Of a DNA stretch of 64,000 nt, positions 27,049 through 37,651 are shown one piece after another; within the stretch, counting starts at the first letter, position 1; each line of letters starts with the position of its first letter. The stretch comes from Mantamonas sphyraenae STR306 (lineage: Eukaryota > Protista > CRuMs), in assembly GCA_026936335.1 (NCBI GenBank), contig JAPMXV010000029.1, positions 248,001 to 312,000 on the forward strand. Reading direction: 5' to 3'. The notes beneath the pieces are model-generated. The model was not told the origin of the DNA, ran no database searches, and was given only the letters and a program-made list of their open reading frames with translations. The translations under genes and the position numbers were made by a program.

Positions 27049-28570
27049 ATGTCTTCCACCTCCGCCAATGTGCTTGGTTCTCCTCTCCAGCTGCCTTGCG
27101 GTGTGTCATTGCCAAACCGCATCATCAAAGGAGGTAGGTCAGGGGTTCGATGCGAGCCCGTATGCTCTGTGGCGACTTTCCTCGTGCTCACACCCTCCCA
27201 TCTTCCCAGCCATGACCGAATGTATGGCAAATGACGACAATGGTCCTTCGGAACAGTTGATTCGGTGCGTCCTCATCTTTCTTCACCTTCCCTGCCCTCT
27301 CCCTTCCGCCTCAACGCCTGCTCCAACACTGCACGTTTTTGCCCGTTTGCATCCCAGCTGACGTCCCCCCCTCTCCAACAGTGCCTATGAAGCCTGGGGA
27401 AAGGGTGGCACAGGGGTGCTCATCACGGGCAATGTGATGGTGGACGCTCGCTACGTAGAAAATGCTGCCAACGTGATTGTGGAAGACGAACGGCATCTGG
27501 AGGCCCTCACGCGTTGGGCCGAGCGTACGCAGGCCAACGGCGCCCAGTTGTGGATGCAAATCAGCCACGCAGGGCGGCAAACACCGGCATCGGCGCAGTC
27601 GTATCCAATTGCCCCGTCCGCGGTCGGCATCCAGGCATTCCCCAACAACCTGCTCTTCCGCACCCCTCGTGCAATGACTGAAGACGAGATTCTCGACGCA
27701 ATCGTGCGCTACGCCACAACTGCAGCAGTTGCCCAAAAAGCAGGCTTTGCAGGTGTTCAGATCCACGGCGCTCACGGCTATCTCATCTCCGAGTTTCTTT
27801 CCCCGCACACCAACAAGCGCACCGACAAATGGGGAGGTTCCTTGGAGAACAGGGCTCGCTTCCTGCTCCGTGTGTACGATGCCGTGCGTGAGCGTGTGGG
27901 CCCCGACTATCCCGTTGCGGTCAAGCTGAACTCGGCAGACTTTCTCCGCGGAGGCTTTGAACACACAGACTCCATCCAAGTCATGAAGATGCTCGACGTG
28001 GCAGGCATTGACCTCATTGAGATCTCTGGCGGCACCTACGAAGCCTTTGCTGCGTTTCGCAAAGACAAAAAGGTGTTTCCTGGCCTGGCCCGCCCCAGCT
28101 CCCGAGCTCGGGAGGCTCACTTCCAGGCGTTCAGTGCAGAGGTGATTGAAAACGTCGAATCCGCACGCATCATGCTCACCGGGGGCTTTGTCAGCATGAA
28201 GGGCATGTGCGAGGCCATCGACGCGGGGGACTGCCACGTGTGTGGGGTTGCACGTGCGCTTTGCCTCGATCACGAATTTAGCCGCAAGGCCATCGAAGGC
28301 CAGGACATCCACCTGGACACCTCTGTGGCCCCACGACTCACTGGCATTCTCAACATACCCATGGTCAACGACGGCTTTGTCAATCTGTGGTACCAGACGC
28401 ACATTGTGCGCCTAGGTGGCGGGTTGGGCCCCAACAAGAACTCCAGCGTGCTTGCCCTTCTCCCCTACGTCATCACCTGCTACCTGTGGTCCCCACGTCG
28501 CCCCTTTGCCAACCATGTGCTCCTTGCGCTACTGCTCGTGTGTGTGCTGGCAATCCTTTTCACTCGATGA
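27049..28570 (+). CDS. NADH:flavin oxidoreductase / old yellow enzyme family; 2 introns
   Basis: PLQLPCGVSLPNRIIKGAMTE (spliced), LITGNVMVD, QISHAGRQ, GFAGVQIHGAHGYLISEFLSPHTNKRTDKWGGSLENRARFL, IEISGGTYE. Hydrophobic C-terminal tail. Confidence 0.92.
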
Positions 28571-28605
28571 AATTCACCTCAATCCCACGCCTCTGCTCAC
28601 TCCGC

Positions 28606-30521
28606 TCACTGCTCTTCGTTTTGTCCCTGTGCAGCTGTGCCTTGCTGCAACACAGTAAGCACCTCGACAAATTTGATTTTCTCTGCCAGCTCCAGTGGCG
28701 AGACGGTCGTTTGCGACTGACCACCGCTCGTCTGATCCAACATGCTCACCAAGCGGCGCTGGTGCAGCAGAGGCAGTGCAGCCGCGCCCGCGTCGTCAAG
28801 AGAATTGTCGGGGGTGCTTCTGGCGCTGCTGCTTGCGCTCCCACGCATGGCAGACGGGACGCCAATGCGACGCGGGTCCGCTCCAATCTCCATGAGCTCC
28901 TCCGCCAGCACAGGACTGTTGCCTGACACGGCAAAGTGCAAAGGAAGCAAACCTGCGTGGTTGTTCACATTGGGGTCACCGCCGTGTTGCTTCAGCAGCA
29001 TCATGCAAGCGCGCATCTTGCGATTCAGCGTTTTCAGATTCTTCATCATGCCCTTGGCAGTCTCGGCCACCTGTTTCATCAGTTCAGCACGGTTCTCGGC
29101 TGGCACACGTGATACCTCCTCGTTCAGACGCATCAGGGTCTCGTGCAGTCTTTCCACGGTAGCCACGTACCCGCGTGCAACCCAGCAGATCGGCGAGGTC
29201 CCTTCATCGTCAAGCTGCCGTGCGTCACACCCAATGCTCAGCAAAAAGTTGAGTGCGCCCGTGTAGCACTGCTGGCTGGCCACGTGGATCAGCATTTGCG
29301 TCTGCGATTTGTTGGCCCACGCGTACCGCAGCGTTTCCACTCCGTTCTCTTGTACAGCACGCTGCAGAGCCTGCAGCATGAAACGATCGGGCACTGTGAG
29401 GCCGTGGCGCTTCAGCTTGCAGCGAGACACCAGTTCCACGATTTCCAGATCCATGGTGGCCACAGCCAGGTCGAGCGGCGTCAAACCGCGCACATTGGTC
29501 AGGCGTATGCTTGCACCGGCCTGGAGCAGTACCTCGACCATCTCTTTGTTACCATTCACAACCGCCGTGTGCAACACCGAGTTGCCGTCGACGTCGCCCG
29601 CGCGAAGGATGCTGGAGAATCGGTCCTCGCCCTGTTCCCCTCCTTCGGGTTCAGCGTAGGCATCCTTTTCCGCTACAACCAGAAGGGCGGTGAGCACCTC
29701 CACGTTGCCCACCTGGCCGGCGAGGTGGAACGGCAGACGGCCATAGTCGTCCATGGCCCATACCGAAGCACCTTTGCTCAACATCAGGTTGACAATGTCG
29801 AGACACGACGACAGCACGGCGAGGTGCAGCGGCGTCTTGCCACTCCTGCTGACGACATTCACGTCTGCGCCCAGCTGCAGCAGCACGTTACATGTGCGCA
29901 GTGTGCGGATGCACAGTGCATGGTGGTCTTCTTTGGACAAGTTTCCGCTTCTTGCGCTGCCACGTTGGCTGCGATCAGAGACGCTGTCAGACGGCTCCAC
30001 GTCCTCACGGTGCTCCTCCAGGTCGTTGACGCCCACCTGTGTGAGATGGCTTGTCAGAGCAATGTGCAGCGCGGTGCAGCCTGCGTTGTTCGTGATGTCC
30101 AGGTCCACACGCTGGTGCATCAGATACATCAGCGTTTCTGGGTCATGTGTGCTCGCCGCCTCGTGGATGAGCATGTTGCCCTTTGGTCGCGCTTGAACAG
30201 TTCTTTGCGCACATTGCCTGAACGTTGCAAGCGGCAAAACGTCTCCAGCAAACGCGCCTGCGACGCATCCATCGCTGTGCGCGGCTCCATGAGCAACCGA
30301 AGCATCACGTTGGGTGCATCCATGTAGTGGAAGCAGGCATAGAACACCGCCGAGCGGCCTGTAAAGTCGCGCACCCTCAGATCGCATCCGTGTGCCAGCA
30401 GCAAATCCACAATGTGTGCCAACCCGCGCTGGCAGCCTGCGATCAGTGGTGTCACACCCGAGTCGTCTTGAGTGTTGCGCAGGTCCTCCAGTGTGCGTGA
30501 TGTATTGCCCGCGTTGTTGGC

Positions 30522-30573
<52 letters not shown>

Positions 30574-32960
30574 TTGCCATCGTTTCGCTGCGTCGGCGAC
30601 TGTTGGCTGCCTGAGCCTTTGTAAAACTTGGCCACCTTTGCGTGGTGATCGAGGAGCACACGCACACACGAGTGCTCGCCAGAGCGGACTGCAGCAAGCA
30701 GCGGCGTCACATTGTTGACGTCCATCAGCGAGTGGTTGGCTCCGTTGGCCAGCATCAGTGACACCGCGTGGGTGAACGAGTTGCGTGCGGCGTGCATGAG
30801 CGCCGTGCGGTTCGAGCTGTCCATGGCATTGATCATGGCGCCGCCGTCAATCAGCTGCCGCACGGTCGACAGCAAGCGCTCATTCAGCGCAATGCCGGCC
30901 TGCTCCAGTGTCTCGTCGTTGCTTCCGATGTGGTACTGCATGGGATTGCTGATCACAGCCCACATAAGCGGGGTGCGGCCTTGCCGATCGCGAACGTCTG
31001 CAGACGCCCCGTGCTGCAGCAGATTGCTGACCAGTTTGGGTTCGCCCACACGTGCCAGGTAGTGAATAAATGAGTATCCGTGCTCGTCCGTGTCGCTCAG
31101 CTGCTTTGCACTCAGCTTCGCCATGTACTGCGGGTCGCCAAACCACCGCACCCTATCCATGCCCATCTTGGCAATCACCCTGTCGATGTCGTACACCCAC
31201 GGCTGCTCTGTCATATTGAATCTTGAGGGTTGCGCCACACCCACATCCCTGTTCTGTTCCTGCGTGTACATGGGATGCACACGGCGCGCCTGCTTCCCCT
31301 GCACCCGCTGTGGTGATATGGTGCGTCCCTGTGCGTGGTTGCCACGACCGGTGCTGTCCTTTGTGCTTTCTTCTACATCGCCAGCTAGCCATTGTTTGAT
31401 GTCCACGCTGGTGGAGATTGCGCTGCGCGGCTTGCTGGCCGGCTCAATGTCCAGCGAAGCCTCCTGTGCTTCCAACCCGGCCGGTGAGGAGATTGACAGC
31501 GAGTGCTGATGGCGTGATTGTTGCGCATCTTCGTCGTCGTCGTCGTCGTCGGACACCTCCAACAGCTCGGCGTCGAACACAGGACCCTTGGCCAGCATGT
31601 TTGTTGCCGTCAGCGAGGACGTCACTTGTGCATTCAACGCAGACAAGGAGCGACGGTCGCCTGGCTTGTGGATGGTAGCCCCCGAGTGGTAGTCGGAGCG
31701 TGTGCGTCGCAGGGGCACTGCACGAGGGGTTTGGGAAGGCGACTGCGATGACCGGTGCGCAACCCTCGTCTCCTCGGAGCCGTTGACAAGATCCATACTG
31801 GCTGCAAAGGTGTCGAGTTCCACCAGGGTGGACATGACGGTCGACGAGCTGTGGCTGCGGTCGGAGGTATATAGGCCTGCATCCACGTCGTCAGCTGGCA
31901 GCATGGGAACGCCGTTTAGTCCCACCTCCGGCGTCGCTCGCGGATCTGTCACGTTTCCCGTATGCGTGTCCGACTCCATGCGAACGCTGAACGTGCTGAT
32001 GATGCTGTGGTCGCCGTCGTGCGCGCTGCCCCGATTTGCAGCCAGCGACGAGATGGACATCCGACGCGAGCGGATGGAACCCAGAATCAATTCCATGTCG
32101 TCACTCTGAATGTTGGGCGACGACAGCATGCCCAGTTCCCTGTGGTTGTCGTAGTCGGTGACGTCCGAACCCACACTCTCGGCCATCTCCAGCACACTCG
32201 GATCGGAACGCGCACGTGAGCGCGTCTCGACAGAACTCAGATCACTGCCTGCTTCCTCCTCACGCTCTCGTTCGTATCTTGCGCTTGCGCTGTCCGATTG
32301 GCTGATGCTCTGTGCGGCCGAGCCGGAAGGTGTGGACCGGGTCCAGCCAGCCATGGGTTCCACCTTGTTGCGGCTGTTCGGGCGTCCGTTGCGCTTGCCC
32401 TTGATGGGTGGCATGGGGATGAGATTCCTGCGCGAGGCAGATGGGCTGCCTCCTTGGACCACGGAGTGGTTTGTCTGCTCCGAATTAATTCGTGCAGTCG
32501 TTTCTTCGCACAACGACAAACGCAGTTTGGACGCGAGCAGGCATGAGAGCACGGTGCACACAAGTGCAGGCACGAGGATGGCGAGCGTGAGCTCCCACGT
32601 CGACATAATGATAATATTTGCTTGTGCGTGCTGATCTCGTTCGCCGCGGCGATGGTCGCTCTCCGTCGTGCCAGGCATCTGCCTGGGACGTTGGCGTTCC
32701 ACGTTCACTGGCGCTCCACTAGAAGGTGCACTTGCTTCACCACGTGCGCTGACACTGTCCACGGGAGTCTTCTGTACAATGGTTGCATGTGTGCATGCTT
32801 GGAGAGTGCTATGCTCCCTCTGTGCGGCGCCAGTGTCACCGTCGTCCGCCTGGACCGCACTTGCCCCAAAAGAAAGGCCCAGAAAAAGAAGGAATCCTAG
32901 CAAGACGAAACTCCGCCTGCGCCTTGGTGAGCCTCGAGCGACCTCCAACACGGTAATCAT
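28606..32960 (-). CDS. Single-pass membrane protein with cytoplasmic ankyrin-repeat array (~1450 aa; apparent -1 frameshift at ~30183)
   Basis: Signal-peptide-like FVLLGFLLFLGLSFGASAVQA, TM WELTLAILVPALVCTVLSCLLA, S/D/E-rich linker. About 15 ankyrin units (GRTPLMWAV, GVTPLIAG, GKTPLHLAV, GNSVLHTAV, GLTPLDLAV, GLLPLHFAV). The two ORFs join at KRD(Q)KGNMLIHEAA. Confidence 0.85.
30524..30570. repeat. (CTG)n trinucleotide repeat encoding poly-Ser (AGC) inside the ankyrin array
   Basis: About 15 tandem ctg units, read as SSSS on the minus strand. Confidence 0.9.
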
Positions 32961-33081
32961 GGTGGGAGAAAAGGCTCTAGGCTGGCAAGAGGGCGTGTGT
33001 TTCTCTTTTGTGTGGTGGAGCCTGCGAGTTTGTTCTGCCGTCCTCTCACCTCACGCTTCACACACATTCCTCCTCTAAAAT

Positions 33082-34049
33082 TTACGTGTCTGGTTGCATG
33101 CCACCTGCCTGCCCGGCGACGATGTTGTATGCATCCGGCAAAGCGCCAGAGGCACTGGTGCTGGAATTTGTGGAGGCGGCGATGCTGGCGCCCCATGGAT
33201 AGACTGACACGAGGACGATGTACAGGATGACGACGAGAACAATCATGCCGAGAATAAACTTGAGCTACAGACGACGACGTGGGGTGCACAGGGTGGTGAG
33301 TGGATGGCAGTTGCGGTGAAAACGCACGTGTGATCGGCGATCGGTGCTTGTTGTCGCGTCTCGGGGCTCGCAAACAAAGACCTCATTTCAGTGCGTCGTG
33401 TCCATGCGTGCGTGCGTGTGAACCACACTGTTGCTTACCTTGAAGTTGCGCCACCACATCTCGTTGCGCAGCTGGGTGGACGTCTTTTTGAACTTGCCCG
33501 TCTCGTTTGCCAGTTGGTCTGTGGTTTGTGGTCCCGTCGCGTGGCCTGTGTGAGGCTTGTGCCAAGGCGGTACACACCCCCTCCATGCGTTCGCCGGCAC
33601 ACACTGCGCATGGGAAAACACCTGCTATGCGTTATTGAAGGAGTTTCCGTCTCCTTTCGCCACACGCGGTGGAAAACCCGCAACTGCGGGAGCGAGATTT
33701 CCCTCCCTCGCCGGCGACGTACCTGTGCGCTGCAGGCCCTCCTCGATCTTTTGTCCCCTGTCGAGAGTTGCGTCGATGTTTCGTTGCATCTGTTGTGCAG
33801 TCTCATCCACCAGCTCCCGCGTCTGCTGGATCTTGTCGGTCGTGGACGAGACGCCCGACGCATCTGAGTCACCTCCGTCTCCGCCGTGGCTCTTCAAGGA
33901 GGAAATGTGGAGTACGCGGTTCACGTGTGTGTCAGTGATCGGCGAGAGGCGGCAAGAGCATGAGAAGGAAAGAAAGTGGGGCGGGAATGCGAGGCCTTCG
34001 CTACCATGTGTCCAATGTCTCGGTTGCTGCGATGCCGCGAGTTGGCCAT
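33082..34049 (-). CDS. Synaptobrevin/VAMP-type R-SNARE without longin domain (4 exons; not in the ORF track as one gene)
   Basis: Reconstructed with GT-AG introns: MANSRHRSNRDIGHM|SHGG...DKIQQTRELVDETAQQMQRNIDATLDRGQKIEEGLQRT|DQLANETGKFKKTSTQLRNEMWWRNFK|LKFILGMIVLVVILYIVLVSVY...*. Zero-layer Arg in LDRGQK. Confidence 0.87.
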
Positions 34050-34127
34050 TTGCAGTGCAACTGGCACAGGAAGAACATGAAAGAGAGCGAAAGCGAAAAG
34101 GTGATGATACAAAGTTAATTTCTGCCA

Positions 34128-35108
34128 CTAATTCCAAGAGCGCTGGCCAAGGGTGATGCCGCTGGGCGACAGGGCGAAAGTGGCGTCGGTGGGGAACACC
34201 ACGCCGTCGGATCGTGTCATGGTGATGGGAACCATGAGCTGAACCGAACAGTAGCTGGGCACAGAGGAACGCAGACCTTGCCAGTTCTGCACTTCTGGCA
34301 GCTTGCAAATGAGGAGGTCGTCGGAAACCCATTCTGTGGCGCAGCGGACAGTGCCAAACCACACGCTGAGATCGTCGGTGAGGTTCTCACCTCGTACCTC
34401 TGCACTGTTGAGGTTGTGCGGCTTGACACTGTGCACCAGCGGGAACGGAGTGATGGACAGTTGGTCGGTGTCCTTGGTCAGCGAGGTGAAGCGGAAGTGG
34501 CGCTTGGCTGCGCTCACCAGCGACCAAACGCCACTGGCACCCACACTCCACTCGCCGCCGATCATTCGCATGGGATGCATTTCCTCGATGGAGCCGTCGT
34601 TGCTCACGGTCAGGAAGAGGGTGTCGTCGCTGATGTCCACCTCGCCCTCCAGGTCCTCCTTGTTCTTGCACACCATGAAGGCCACGTCGTCGAGACAGAT
34701 CACGGGTGTGTTCTGATCCAGCACCAACAGCCTGCACTTGTCGCTGCTGCGTCCGCCGAGATGCACCACGCGCAGGGGACCCGTGGACACGCCCCAGTCG
34801 TTTACCAGTTCGATAAGCGCCTTGTTGGGCAGCGAGGCACCATCCTGACACGACGAGTGCACACGAAAGTGCTCCCAGGCGTGCTGGTTGAGTTGGATGC
34901 CCTTCTTTCCCGAGGACAGGTACATGTTGCACGAGCCCTTGCTTCGGTGCATCACGCACACGTCCGACCCTGCCTTGATGGACACGTCGTTGCGCTTGGC
35001 GTACTTCTTGATCGGCTTGGTGATGACCTTGAACTCACTGGACGGAAACACGCCCATGGGTGCCATGTCGATGGAGCTTGAGCTGGAGCTGGAGCTGGAG
35101 CTGCTTGC

Positions 35109-35140
<32 letters not shown>

Positions 35141-36203
35141 TGCTTGTGCTCACGTGCGCGTACATGTTTGTCTGGGACGTGGACAGGTAGGCACGCTTGA
35201 AGTAGAATGCCTGCACCACGCCCTGGCCCGAAGAGTTTTGCCATGTGACCGTGCGCGTGTCGTGCACATCCGAGCGGAATACAGAGCGCTCCTCGTCCAT
35301 GTCCGACGTAATCGACTCGGTGTCGCTGATGAGGCCGTCCACCTCGGTGGGGTCAAAGGGCATGTCACTGCTCATGGACAGCAGCGAAGACACGCGGCTT
35401 GCATGTGAGGATTTCACCCAAATGGCCGGCACAGGGTGCAGGTAGCGACGCTCCGGAGCATAGCTCTTTTGCACAATAATGGGTGTAACCACAGTGACGC
35501 TGTTTGCTCGCATGGGCTCGTGCAGCAGCTGCGCGATGACGCCGGCTGCAAATTGTTCGTTGGCAACGCTCTGCAGGCCACTGTCGGCCTGCGGCATGAA
35601 GCGCACCATGCCACTCTTGCTGCCACCTGCGTCATGCCTCTCCGAGTCCATCGATTCGCCGTCCGTGTCGTCTCCTCCGCTGTTGCCCATCAGACTCGAC
35701 GGACTCTCCACCGTCGGCTCTGGCTTTGCCGCTCGTTCCACCGCTGCGCTGGACCTGCCCTGAGAATATGCATGGGTGGAAAAATCGATGTCAAAGTGGT
35801 TGTACAGATGGTCTTCGCTGTCGTCTTCGTCCTCGTCGAAGCTTCCGCGTGTTGCAGTGCGCGGCCTCTTGCGTGCCCGCTTGCGAGGCGAATCGTTGCG
35901 AAGTGTTTGCGTCGTTTCCTCCCTGTCCAGCGTCTCCTCTGCGCTGGTGCGCAAGTATGCCTCCAGAGGGGACTCCAATGCACCGCGCAGGAAATCGTTC
36001 GGGCGCGAAATACTCTCCTGCTGGCCGTACGAGCCGAAGGAAGAAAACGAAGAATCCAAACCCTCTTCGTCCTTGAACAAGCCACGCGATTGCTCCTCCA
36101 CGTCCAGCGGATCCCCATACAGTGAGTCTCCGTCCTCGTCATCCAGTTCAGACATGTGCAACTGCTGAAACAGTCGATCGAACTCGGCGTTTCCACTCTC
36201 CAT
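34128..36203 (-). CDS. CSL: CSL (RBPJ/Su(H)/LAG-1) family transcription factor
   Basis: Three CSL domains in order. NTD: IVQKSYAPERRYLHPVP, FKRAYLS, GVFPSSEFKVITKPIKK. Beta-trefoil: IKAGSDV, GVSTGPL, VGASGVWSLVS. CTD/IPT: PFPLVHS, GENLTDDLSVWFG, VPITMTRSDGVVFPT. Disordered N-terminus with NLS-like PRKRARKRPR. Confidence 0.88.
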
Positions 36204-36663
36204 TGCGTCCTCTGGGTGTGCGTCGCAGGATAACGCACGGAAAAAGTGTGAGCGCAAAATGTGGGGGACCCGTTTTTTTTAGAGTTTGGTGCCTTTTGGC
36301 GCGCCCGTTCCCCCGTCACAGACAACGGCACAAACGGACACCAACGCAAACCACTTTGTGCATGCTGCCCAATTGGAATGGCAGGGCCACAGGCGGCGTT
36401 CCGTGCTTCTGTCCCTCAAACACGTCGGTCCAAGGCCCGCGTGTCGCGACACGTGGACGAACGAGAGAACTTTCTCGTTCTTTTACCCTCGCGGACAGCT
36501 GTGTGCGACTACGGTGTGTTGCACATGCTTATGACCCCCGTGTGCCATGTGGGTTGCATGCACATCGATGCAAGAGATGCGTGCACAATAATGCGTGTTG
36601 ATGGAATCAAGGTGTACCTTTCTTGCGAGTTGTCGTTGTGTTGGCGGGACTGGTTGTCCCACA

Positions 36664-37594
36664 TCACTCACTCTTTCCGTCCCACGTCAACCACACCAAA
36701 CCGTGTTCCATCACATTCAACACGGGATACTTCTTGCGCAGTGCCGCGCTCACTTTGTCGCCGCTGTCGAGGACCTTCTGCATCTCGGACCAGATGGAAA
36801 ACTTTGCCTCTCCGCCACGCAGGAACATGGCACGCTCTGCACTCTCGCTGTTGATCACGGCATACGTTGTGGTGATGCGATCGTGCACCGCAAACACGTC
36901 TGTGGTTGTGCACGTCACCAGTTCGCCTTCCCCAGCCCCAGGAAGCAACCGCTCCTCCAACTCGGGGAACAAACTCGCTGTATGGCCATCCGGCCCCATC
37001 CCAAGGGTCACCTACACACACACACACACACAAGTGTGCCACCGCCCCATCCGATTGCACTGTCAGAACAAATTGCCCTCTTACACAGCCACCCAGCCAC
37101 CAGCCACCCACTAGCCTCCAATAACTCACCAAATCCGGGCCGCCGTGCTCGTCAAACAGCGCCTGCAGCGCCTCGTTGTACTCCTTGGCACAAGTGGCCA
37201 CATCCTGGTTGCCTTCTTGGCCTTCTTCCACCTCTTCCACCTTTGGATGCACCACTTGAACCTCGACTCCCTGTTTGGCCGCGGACGCCTCGAGTGTGGA
37301 AGCCACCAGATTCCGCAGCGAGTCCTTGCTGCTCGCCGGCACAAACCGCTCGTCCACGAAAAAGAAGTGGACGTGTTGCCAGGGCAGCTCCATGGCACCC
37401 AGCTGCGTGTATGCCTGCACAGGCGTACTGCCTCCGCTCAGGCCCACCACAGCGTGGCCACGTCGCTCCACCGCGGAACGGATCCGTTCCGCCATCCACT
37501 CGGCCACGCCCTTGTCAAACGCCTCTGCGGATTCAAAGCTGACGTGGTTGTCGCCGTTTCTCTGTTGCGCTTGCTGCTGCTCCCTTCCACTCAT
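36664..37594 (-). CDS. PGLS: 6-phosphogluconolactonase; 1 intron
   Basis: VGLSGGSTP, FFFVDERFVP, spliced DL|VTLGMGPDGHTASLFP, DRITTT. Confidence 0.92.
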
Positions 37595-37651
37595 GGCGAT
37601 CAACCACACAAACACACACACACGGACCCAAACAAACACACACACACGGAA
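37595..37651. promoter_or_regulatory. Probable minimal bidirectional promoter region (PGLS / GT61)
   Basis: 57 bp AC-rich spacer between divergent ATGs. Inferred from geometry. Confidence 0.5.

Noticed and set aside
27049-28570. Recent bacterial HGT or contamination for the OYE gene
   Set aside because: It has two spliceosomal introns and host-like composition. An ancient transfer cannot be judged without a tree.
32390-32430. NLIPMPP after the TM as a Notch RAM motif
   Set aside because: It lacks the invariant Trp of the WxP RAM motif.
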